This document shows, piece by piece, positions 28,422-40,200 of a DNA stretch of 64,000 nt. The stretch is from Saccostrea echinata (Eukaryota): NCBI RefSeq assembly GCF_033153115.1, contig NW_026889750.1, positions 39,184,001 through 39,248,000 of the forward strand. Direction: 5' to 3'. The notes below the pieces were generated by a model. It did not search any database, was not told the origin of the DNA, and saw nothing but the letters and a program-made list of their open reading frames with translations. A program made the translations under genes and the position numbers. Position 1 is the stretch's first letter; each line of letters begins with the position of its first letter.

Positions 28422-29335
28422 TTTCTTACTCTATTGTAAACATGAAAAGTCCTCCCTGAAATACAGAAAATAGTAGATTTCAATTCGTGGTATTTATAAC
28501 ACAAAATTAAAAGGCGAAGAAGTTTATGAATCAACTTTATAATCAAAATAATTTTCATTCTCTTCCAAAGAAAATGGTTACAACTTTTCTTTTTAAGTTT
28601 CTGATTACTTCAGCGTAAATTTACACATAAAATATCTGCAGAGGAAAGAATGAATAAAGATAACATTCCTCCAAATCTTAGACAGCTAACCAATTCAATG
28701 TAAAATGTGATTCCAGAAACTAATTCCAGTAACTAAATTCATGTAACTGCTAAATACTTCTCTGTTTCATGGTAATTAAAGGACTACCAGTAGTACAAAT
28801 GGCATCTCCCCTGAAAATTTTAAAATATACCCATTTTTCTAATAGGAGAAAGGCAAAGAAAAAAAACTTTCCTTGGTCATAATTGTTCTCACAAGATGGC
28901 TAAATCAGTTGCAAGTTAACTCTGCTGTATCATCCACTGTACTTCTGACATTGTGAACATTTTTCAACAACTCTTTGACCCAATATTCAGGGTGTGTTTA
29001 AACGAAAACTAGCAATTCTTTTACAGACCACCTTGAAACTATCTGAACACCTTATTATCACAGCATACAATAGGATTTGATGTAGGCAGGGACCTATATA
29101 CTAACGGGATAGGCAACACTCGCAAGTCTCGCGATACCTCATAAGTTGCGGGATTTCGTAAGTCAATTTTAATTAAATATATCTCTTTTCTCTTTTGCTA
29201 TCAAATATTTCAGAATAAAATCTTAATTTATCTATCAAAAAATTATTCAAGATTTGTTATAAGCACCGTTTTTACTCATCTTAGAAGTAATTACGTTTAT
29301 TTAAAAATCAGAGCGTGCCCCTGATCGGCCGTATT

Positions 29336-30082
29336 CAGGGCTAGACAAATAGCATTGCCCGACGCCCGGGACAACCAATTTTGTTTAGTGGGCAAGTTAT
29401 TTGATAAGTGGTGCCTGCCCGCGGACAAGTGCTTTTTCTCATTTACAAAAAAATCATATACTCAATATGTCTTTTGTGTTACCACTATTGAATACTCGGT
29501 CGGAACTTCTCTAGAATTTACCCATGAATGTGTTGTTAAAATAAACACAAGTCGTAAAACATGACACCTTCCGATGTCGTCAAAAAAGTTGAATTGGATT
29601 TTAGACTTTTTTTAATTGACAAAATATTAAATTCATTCTGTGAATATAGACGTGCTACTGTTATTAAAATTGGTTGTTGATTGGCAATCACATAGTCATG
29701 AAGTCGATATCTCAATCGGCATGCAGTAGTGTTCACAGATTTGTCTCGTTTGTGGGTTTTTTGAGATCATCTTCACCTTTTTCATTAAATTTATTCAAAG
29801 AAAGTATATGGAGTATCTTATTGAAGAATTTTGAGGAGAATAGAATGAAACTTTGACTTTACCAATGCCCTGAAAATATCGAAAGAAATCTGGGAGAATT
29901 TAGTGATTTTAGATCTAGGTTGATTCCCGTGTAGTGTCTCAGTTGAGAAATAATTTAATGTTAATGATTTTGTTTAAATTAAGAAACAGGTCGGACAAGC
30001 ATATTTTTTGGTAGGACAAGTAATTTTATGATGGTAACCTGTCCGAGGGCAAGTAATGCAAAATTCTATTTGTCTACCCCTG
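29336..30082. mobile_element. hAT-like MITE with a 6-bp TSD, in the probable FEM1 5'UTR intron
   Basis: TIRs CAGGGCTAGACAAATAGCATT / AATTCTATTTGTCTACCCCTG (19/21 match). Direct repeat CGTATT at 29330-29335 and 30083-30088. Confidence 0.75.
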
Positions 30083-30397
30083 CGTATTTCCGAGAAATCG
30101 CGGATTTTGGTGGTTGTTTACTTAATATCTAAATTATTTTATAATATGTGCTTTAAAATTTATTAAATATCCATTCCGATACACAAAAAGAACAGATTAC
30201 ATTAATCAGAAAACAAGCTTTTTACTGGGGAAAAAAGTAGTTTGAAAAACTTGCAGTGTTGTGTGTGCCGTTTTGGGTAAATAAACATGGCGCTGAAGGA
30301 GTTGCCTATTCCGTTACTGTATAGGTCCCTGATGTAGGTAAATGTTGTCCAACCAGGATATACTGTCTGGCATCATGTCTGGTATCATGCATCAAAG

Positions 30398-30577
30398 TAC
30401 AGTTGAACGTCATTATCTCGAACTTCAATATCTTGAATGCCATGGAAATGTTAAAGTGAGTTATGGGCCCAACCACTTCTCCTTTACGTATTTTATCTTT
30501 GATATCTCGAATCATTGGATATCTCAACATTTTTCTTACCAGTCTGATTAGGTTTGAGATAACAAGGTTTGACTGTA
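30398..30577. mobile_element. Tc1/Tigger-like MITE
   Basis: TACAGTTGAACGTCATTATCTCGAAC / GTTTGAGATAACAAGGTTTGACTGTA. Confidence 0.65.
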
Positions 30578-31450
30578 ATTTGCAAATGTTGCAATTTGCC
30601 CTTTACTTTGATCTCGAATATATTAAGTAATGCCACATTACGCTAGTGTTGTCATAATATTTGTTTACAATATTTATCCTAAACAACAATTTCAAATTTT
30701 ATCCGAATTTTCTCTAAAAACATCTCTTTGATATATCTTCAATCTATTTCGTAAAGAATTTCTTCTTTTAAGAAAAAATCATTTGTACTATATAATCTTA
30801 CAGATACGTCACAAGAACTGCATATGGGTGTCAACAGTTATTTTTGAAACATAAATTAAAATACTAACAATATATCCTTGCCTTTTTTCCCTTTTTCCTT
30901 CGTTGTCGATAGATGGCGCCTCAACATTACACCGATCCCGACATAAATACACGGTGTAAGTCCACAAGGCTACGACACTCACCTGTTTCCTATGAGTTGA
31001 ATAAAAACGGTCTAATTAATTCAAACTAGCCCTCACTTTTTATATGCCTAAGGCATAACAAATAATAAAACGTAGGAGTTGATTTTAATTAGACTAGAAT
31101 TTAAAAAATCAAAATGAAAGAAAGAAAAAAAAAAACATTTTAAAACAGATAACGAAATATGATAATGTAGTATTAAGTAATGCTTAATTTTATAGATTTA
31201 TATGACGTTACGTATTTAAACAATAATGCTTTCTTCAGGTTAATTTGTTAGTATGGGAATTAATGCTGCAGTTGTTTCAGAAAAATACATAACCCACGTA
31301 AGCATGGTAAGCGGGTTATGTACATCTGCATTAAATAATCATATAAAGTAAGATTAAGTATGTTTAATATTGCATGATTGATATGTACTTCTTTATATGT
31401 TTTATTGATAAAGAGCCACTGCTCAATAAATCTATACTGGTGGCTTGCTT

Positions 31451-32330
31451 AGGTGACGACCATTTGGGGGCTGACAAATTTTTCAGAGTCAAATTATTTA
31501 TTTTCATGTTGGTGAAGGACAGATTATTTATTTTTAAGAAAAAAAAGAAAGAAAGAAAATTGCCAAACTCTTAACTTCTATTTCCTGTGGATGGAGGGAG
31601 GGGAGGAGGAGGGGCAACAGTCGGATTTCAAAAAGGGGGGGAGAAAAAAAGAAAATTGCCAAACTCTAAACTTCTATTACCTTTGGGTGGGGGTGGGGGT
31701 GGGGGGGAAGAGGAGGGGCAACAGTCGAATTTCAAAAAAGGGGGGAGAAAGAAAGAAAATTGTCAAACTCTTAACTTCTATTTCCTGGGGGTGGGGAAGG
31801 GGAGGGGAGGAGGAGGGGCAACAGTCGGATTTCAAAAAAGGGGGGAAAGAAAGAAAATAAGAAAATTGCCAAACTCTAAACTTCTATTTCCTGGGGGGGG
31901 GGGGGGGAGGGGCAACAGTCGGATTTCAAAAAAGGGGGGAGAGAGAAAGAACATTGCCAAACTCTTAACTTCTATTTCCTGGGGGTGGGGAAGGGGAGGG
32001 AGAAGGAGGGGCAACAGTCGGATTTCATAAAACGGGGGGGGGGGGGGGAAGAAAATTGCCAAGCTCTAAACTTCTATTTCCTGGGGGGGGGAGAGGAGGG
32101 GCACCAGTCGGATTTTAAAAAACAGGGGGAAAAAAGAAGAAAAATTGCCAAACTCTAAACTTCTATCTCCGGGGAGGGGGGGGGGGGAGGAGAGGCAACA
32201 GTAAGGGACAGATTATTTTCTTGCCATTCTAGGACAGATTATTTATTTCCAACATTTTCGAGGACATATTATTTATTTCCAAAATCTGCCAGCACCCCCT
32301 CCCCTTCAGAATCAAATGGCTGCGTCCCCT
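31451..32330. mobile_element. MITE-like element with an internal G-rich ~95-bp tandem array (~7 copies, 31550-32200)
   Basis: Imperfect TIRs AGGTGACGACCATTTG / CAAATGGCTGCGTCCCCT and subterminal GACAGATTATTT repeats. Unit AAATTGCCAAACTCT(T/A)AACTTCTATTTCCTG(G)n...GGGGCAACAGTCGGATTTCAAAAA(G)n. Confidence 0.6.
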
Positions 32331-33064
32331 TGGTGACATTAAAGTATAGATAAACAACCATGATTTTCATAAGAAATAAAGGAGATAATATTCAGTGGAT
32401 ATAAATATTAAGCCATATAAACACCAAACAATGGGACAAAGTGTCAGTAATCATGGTAATAGAACAAGAGGTCCATTAGTCTTGAGATCATGCGCCTGAG
32501 TATCACGGGGTTTTCAGGCGATGCTCACTTTGAGCTCTCCTAGAATTGGTTTACATCTGTGACTAAAATTTGACAGCTTAAAATTGTTATCATATCCATG
32601 CAGCTTGTCTTCTAGAAATTTTTGTTGAGGGTTTAATTAAGCTGCATCGTGCAAAAATATCTGCCCATGTGTAATGAAGATTTTCAACGATGTAATTTAT
32701 ATACTTCATTTCACCGGGATACCATAAATTTATGCAAATAACCCCACCACCTGTAGGTCCTAAACCATTGTCTAGGCCATGAATTTTCTAATTTTTGTTG
32801 AGGGCTAAGTATTAATTATAATCATACCAACAGTATGTTTACTAGATGTTCTATGAGTAAAGAAGGTACATATTTTCAAGTGTTTTGTAATTTATATAAT
32901 CCAAACATATGTACATGTAACGAACTTAATCCAGTCCTGGGACTTAATGCTAGAACCAGGACATATGAATTTTGCAATTTACCGGTACTAGAGTAAACAT
33001 AATAAAGAAAACATTTTGCTAGATGCCCAAGAGTAAAGAAGATTTTATAAATTATAATGCATTT

Positions 33065-33254
33065 TCTGTATACAAGGAGATTTCGCATCTGTTTTATTTT
33101 CGCCCCTTTCGCTCTACACACGTGGACGAATTTAAGATGGGGCGAATTCAAAGAAGACAGTATAATTTCTTATACAGAACTTTGACTGGGCGAATTTAAA
33201 ACGGGGCAAAATTGTTTGCAAGTATGAAAGGACAAAAATAACCCTGTATACAGT
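33065..33254. mobile_element. ~190-bp MITE, related copy at 11017-11211
   Basis: CTGTATACAAGG...CCCTGTATACAGTA inverted ends. Confidence 0.55.
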
Positions 33255-34247
33255 ATATGACCTATATTGCCCCACCCTGTATCCATGAGTCATGAATTTC
33301 AAAATTATATGTTTGCCTGCCAGATGTTCAGGCGTAAAGAAGATGTTCAAAACTAGCATTGATTTTGATGGTTTTGGCCTCACCCCTCAGGCCCCTTGAA
33401 GGATTCAGAATTTTTGTTCCCCTGGAGACGACCAGACTCTTGCATTAACACTGTACTATATGGAAGTCTGTTTACTAAGTTCAGCATTTACCATAGGGAT
33501 TGCTGAAATTTTTAAAGCTTCAAAAGTTTCTTGAAATGAGTAATTACATATATAACACTGCACGCAGTGGTACACTTGTACGTTGATTTGAAATTTTTTA
33601 ATAAAAAATTAACCTCTCACATTGATTTTTCGTCAATATTTTGTACAGTTTTTTGATTAACAATGTACAGTATTTTCACCCAAATTCCAGTATTTTGAAG
33701 ACTCTTGTACAGTATTTGGGTCTAAAAATTATCACATGTATGTGCCACATACTTGTATCAAACTTGCTTGAAATTGGTTCTGCCTTTTAAAAGGAGTATG
33801 ATAATGCAGAATGAAAGATGAATGTGGCATAAATAAATCAGATTCATAATTAATTTCATTATTAGCAGGGAATCATCCTAATATTCAATTAGTCACTCTT
33901 GTTTGAAGAAAAAAGATAAACAGGCTGTGCATTTAATAGTTTTATTTGTTTCACAAACAACAATATAATGACAGAGGCATAACTGTACTTTGTACAACTT
34001 TTGTACAAACTCACAGAATATATATCACAATCTGATCACACTCATATTGAAACAGAAGTCATAAAATTTTTCTACCGCAAATACAAGCATTATTCTATAA
34101 AGTTTTACTCAAACATTTAATTTGCAAATGCGAGCATTCACAATATCCAGATCTTTTATGAAAGTTTATATGTGATTCAGCAGCTTTTGATCACACATCT
34201 CCTGATATTCTCATTCTTGAGGCTTTGTACTGTATGGATAAAATTTA

Positions 34248-37200
34248 TCATTTTGGGATCGGAAGTCGACGGAACTCATGAGTCAGCCAGATGGCGATAC
34301 TGAGTAAAATAAGAGACCCTGACTGATGAGTAGCGGCCAGGGGGGTGGGGACGTATGTCAGTAGGGTAGAGATACCCAGGGACGCCTGAAAAATAAAAGA
34401 CCATAGATATTAAGAAAATGTATTTGTGAACCACAATAAATGTACTGCTGTTGATTGCCAATTTCTAACCTCTTTTCATCTGAATTAACCATATTAACTC
34501 CTGAACATTGTGTACTTTCAGACTTGAGACTTATCTTTTAAACATTTAAGCAAATATCAAAAGTATTTAGTTAGATCCTTTGATCCCATCACACACATTG
34601 TACATTACTACTCACAGAATCTAACAACATTCCTTTGACTTCATCTCAGACTTTCTTCTAGCTAGTCAGCATATTGCTTTCAAAACCATCAGTGTGACTC
34701 TCACAGAGCATTAGGCAAACCAAAATAACCCATTGGAAATGATATGAAATAATTCCTAAAGACTTTGCACTCTGTCATATTGTGTGATTTCGATCTAATT
34801 TTTTAAGACAATATTAAACAAGCTGAACAAGTGTTTATGTGAGAGTGATTCTCATTCCTTATTTATGATGTAATTGATAATATAAAATGTGTATTTACAG
34901 AAACGGTCAACCTCAAAGTTTTTTCTCGGTCCCACCTAGTTCAAGATGACAAGGTTTGACTGTAATTCTAATTAGAATGGAGTTGAAAGTTTCTTGCAGA
35001 GTACACATAGTAGATTATCAGAAGTGAGTTTATTGTTTGTTATTAATTACTAATTCACCTGTATAATGCCCATTCCTAGGAGGGCATTCACAGCCATTCT
35101 CATTCTAGGTGGCAGTGGAGCATTCCTACACATGTACCAGAAAATACCAATCAACACCACTGTACTCTCTGCCTAAAAATAATACAGAAATGTGATTGAA
35201 AAAACTACAACATCCACTATCTTAGATTCCTTAATACACTTTCATATTACTTGGGTTAGATACATGTATTTTCTTTTCCTGAAGTTGAATACACTTTTAC
35301 ATTCTATCAAGAAAACATATGTCATTATACATGTATAAAAGACTTTTTATGTCACAAATATTTGAAATATGTTGTGTATGGTCAGGAAATTAATCATACA
35401 AAATGTGTATTCCTTTGAAATAACATCTGTGTCACACACTACAAATCTTACCAGATGCCTATGGTCAAATTGTACTGTTGTAGGGTTTTCAAAGAAATTT
35501 TTCCATGTAGGAGATATTGCGAGGAGATCACTAGGAATCCACCTGTCAGCCATTTTTGGCCAGGAGTTGTAAGTAAGTCCAGCATCCAGCCCAGCAACAA
35601 AGGCACCTACAATCGCAAATCTCTGTTAGACATGAATATACAAGCCTACTTTTCTACAACTTGAGTACATTCTCCTTTTGAAAAAGAGGGATAAGCCAAG
35701 TCTTGCAATAACAAATGACAGGAAATCTGAGCATAGTTTCCATGAAAAACTTAATATTGCTAATTACTGATTTTCCATGAGTTTAAAAAATTTACATAAT
35801 ATAATAAGCGATAAAGTCACCTGATATGGCTGTGACAAATATGAGTCCTTTTATGCTATGGGCCATGATTCTAAGCCTTCTCATCTGTGATGTATTTGGT
35901 AACTAAAACATTGAACATATTTCTTATAAAAAAACAATTCAAAGAAAAGACATGCTATGAATCTCAATAATGTATCCCTTTTCAGTCAGTTTTTTTTACA
36001 TAAATTCATAATAAAACAATTTCTTAAATTTTCTTACATGTAGACTTTTCGCTTATATATATACATATTGATTACATGTAATGAAATCCATACTTTTTAC
36101 TAAATCTATCTATTATATTAAATGAACTGCTAATTCATTTTGAATAGAGTTCACTTTTTTAATCCCACTCAAGGTTACATTGTTGTAGCAATTGCTTCAA
36201 GTATTTTTTATAAAGATTGAAGGTACACTATAATTTGTAGTATTAGCCCCTTCACGGTAACTGCGGTACTACTCTTTTGCAGGGCAAAATAATAACGTTT
36301 GGCGAAGTTTTTTTCTGAGAGATAATTAAATGACGTATATCAAACAATTACTTTTACGTCATATTCCACCAAACAATATCATTTTGCCCTGCAAAAGAGC
36401 ACTGCCGCAGTTACCATGAAACGGTCTATTAAGGCTAAGCTGGACAAAATATGATCTGCATGGACTGATCAATAAAAAAACATATATACATATATTGATG
36501 TTATTGTAATCATGACCTTTCAGTGACATTTTTCGAGTTCTGTGATGCACAAAATTGTAAAAACAAAACAGTGCAAGGAATAAAGGTACAGAGGATTTTC
36601 ACCAATGCTTACATTGTTAATGGGTATAAACTGAGTCAATCCCTGCCACAGAAACAATGCATAAAGGATAAAGGCTGATCCTAAATGTGAGGCCAGTCGA
36701 TACTGACTGACCCTGGGGATATCAGACGGCTTTGCCTGTTCTTGTAGTCCACTCTTAACCATATACCATCCAAGAAAACCCTGCAAGAGGTAGAGAGGAT
36801 TAAAACTTTGGACTACTAAACTGTCAAGTATGTAACCTCCTCTTCTGAAATATGTGATTCTGACTCTTTGACATCCAGAGACTTCAAAAATTTGTAATGA
36901 ATTAACTTAAATAAAATCTTTAATCTCACTTTAGCTTCTCGATTTTCTTTTCAAAAAATTATTTACAGTCATGAAAAAAAAATTATTCTCATATATTTTA
37001 AAAGCCATAGGCTAGGGAAAAATACTATGTAAGTCTATTGTTGTACTAATGTCCCCTCCCCTTTACAATGAGCATTTTACAAACATCAATTCTGTTTCTT
37101 ACCTGGAACCCTAATAAAACTGTATTTAACACTAGGCGGCGCTTGAGAGTGGTGGACACCCAGCCCTTGCTGAGAAAGTAAGCAGCTGGTACTAAAAATA

Positions 37201-40200
37201 CCAGCCCCACCATTCGTCCCCACATCCTATGTGCATACTCCATGTAATAAATAAACTTAAAATCTGATAGGGTGAAATCTCTTTCCTTAATGATGCTGAA
37301 AACATAAATTTATTAATCTTGACAATTTCTAACTGACATTATGCATTTCTTTACATGCATTTTGCATCAAAATTCAAAAGGTATGACTGTTCAAACTAAT
37401 GTGAAACAAATAACAAGTGTGTTTCTACAAAATTTCATTTTGACAAAATTCCACAACAGAATAAGAGACTAAAAGAATTCAGTATCTGAAAAATTCCATT
37501 TTTTGAATCTTTTAATTAAATCCTCTTTTTTAGGACGTGGGAGAGGGGTTCTGATACTTGGTTATTTCAAAAGTCCATCATTTATTTTAACAACTTACTA
37601 CATACTTACTACTGATATTCAGGGTATTGTTTGTATCTCTCAAATTCTTCCTCCCATTCCTGCTGGCTTCTAGGTGGCTTCATATCTTTAATTAACTGCC
37701 AATCCACCATTGACAATCCAGACTCTGTCAATCTAAATAATAATCATCCTATTTAGCACCTCTGCTCCTATAAGCACACCTGGGACCTTTTTCAATTCAC
37801 TACATAGGCATCTGAAGCAAATTGAAGGGGGGGGGGCTAATTGAAAGTGAGGGGAGGGCTAAATCAACAAAAAAAAAATGTTTGGGGACTAATCTCCAAT
37901 TTTCAATGCCTATATTATGTCCATCTTTGCAAAAAAAGGGGGGGGCTTAACCCCCCCCCCCCCAGGTTCTGACACCTATGCACTAAAAACAAGGACCTCC
38001 TTCCTTAATATGTTTTACAATATAATTTAACTTAACAGGATTTTACCACTATCAATTGTCAATACTTAAAGCATTATGAGCTGAAACTTTGATATCCGAA
38101 ATTTTTGTTGCAAAATTGTAAATAACTATTTCAACGACATAAAAAAAGAACGTTTATAAACTTATGTGTTCATATTTGCAATGGAAGAACTATTTATATG
38201 CTTTGATTGAAGCTAAATTATATCATTGTCGTCCTGTCCAATATTGATTTCTAATATAATGCTACATATTTGATTGTACAGAATCCTTTATTCTGAAAGA
38301 ATTTGATACTTTATTTCTGTCTAATTGATCAAAAATGTTTAAATTACATACAAATTTATCATCATAGCACATTTTAACAGCAAAATAAAATTCTCAAAAA
38401 TACAGCTCATATTGCTTTAATAAATGACTTCTTGGAATGACTTATGTCATTTCTAAATACATGACTATTGTTTACATATCGTTAATGCCTTCTTAATATG
38501 ATACTGTACTTTGCTGTCACATCTTTATATTTACCAGTAGAAGGTAAAAGCACATATACCACTTTTAAAATGCATTTTTGATGGGGATGTGTTTATAAGA
38601 GTATGTTTCTAAGTGTTTTAATACTGTTCATATCTTGTTGCTTATAGCAGCCAGACCTAAATAAGCACCCCTTTTTCTCATTTTCAAGTGCCCAGGGTGC
38701 TTGATAGGATGAATACAGCATATACACATCCTCCATGACCTCATTTCATAAACATATTACATGTATCAGGGATTTATATAATTATGATATACATGTATTA
38801 TTAATTTTACATTTGATTAACAACAGTACTATTATAATAGTGTATATTTTCAATATTTTTCTATCTATGGACTTTGTTCTAAGGATCCTGTTAGCTTCAC
38901 CTTGTGACACCACCAAGTATCACAGCACCAAAACACATTCCAGCACATCCAAACAACCATGCACCAATAATTTTTTGCTGACGACTAAATGGTACTATTG
39001 CAGCATCTGTTGTGGTCCCTCTAAAGGGTTGAAATGTCTTTAAAGACAATCCCTAAAATTGGGAAAATAATATACAATCAACTGATGAAAATAAGATTCT
39101 TTGATCTTCTTTCATAGATCGCTACTCTTTAGTAGTAATCTACATGAGCGGAAGTAATCAAATTGAATATACAAATGACATGTGTACAAAAGAGGGTTAT
39201 ATTTGCAAGTAGATAGAGTAATCTGTGTATCAAGACAAGTTTGAATACATCCCATATAGTTGCAATGTAGCAAATTGGAGTGGATCGGCTCCAAAACAAT
39301 TTCGAAGAAAACAAAAGGAGTTGCACTGAAAATAACTACCAAATTAATCATAACAAATCTTTTCTGAGGTTGTATTTGCCTTTTATCCTAAAAAATAATC
39401 AATATAAAGATGAAAATTCAACTAATTTTTTCAATGTTTTTATTCTCGCTTTGAATTTACCCGCCATGCTGACATTCGGAATTCTCTATATTATCCACAG
39501 TATCTGCTCCTCTTTATTTTGCTACAATGCCAATACACGAAACTAACTCTTTCATTAAACTGGGTCCATAAGACAATAATATTTTAACGATAGAATGTTC
39601 TATCTAATCTGCTAGGTATACATTAGATAGAATGTTCTATCGTTAAAATGATATATGTCCTATGGACCCTGTTTAACAGTAGAATGTGTTCCGTGTATTG
39701 GCAATATAGCAAAGCAAACATTAACAATAACTCTAACTCAATGCATATACTACGAAAAATCCAGAGAGGTCTGAATGTCGACATGGCATATAAATTTGAA
39801 GTGAGTAAAAAAGTTGAGAAACAGTGTTGAATTCTTTCCTTATATGGATTAAATTTTTGGGTGAAAGGTATCCACAATCTCAAAAAGGTTTGTAATGATT
39901 AATTTGATGGTTATTTTGAATGCAACTTCATTTATTTTCTCTAAAATAGTTTTGGAGCAATTCTGCAATTTTCTGCTACATTACAGATACATGGGAGGTA
40001 TTCTAACTGTCTTGAGGGCCTGTCTTTAAACATAGTTAGGTTATTCCAACTACATATACATAGTTTTATACATGTATTGAATCTATTGATAGTGAGTGCA
40101 GCAAGCGACACAAGGCTCCACTAATGATGCGAGCTCAATAGACTAACATGTAAGGATAGAGAAATTTTTAACTAAAATCTATATCTTTGTCAAGCAAATT

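Noticed and set aside
31587-32062. Gly/Lys-rich ORFs
   Set aside because: Artefacts of the G-rich tandem array.
39461-39467. ATGGCGG|GTAAAT as the COX15 start exon
   Set aside because: It is phase 1 while the next firm exon is phase 0, and it is the mirror image of the 39783 motif within the palindrome.
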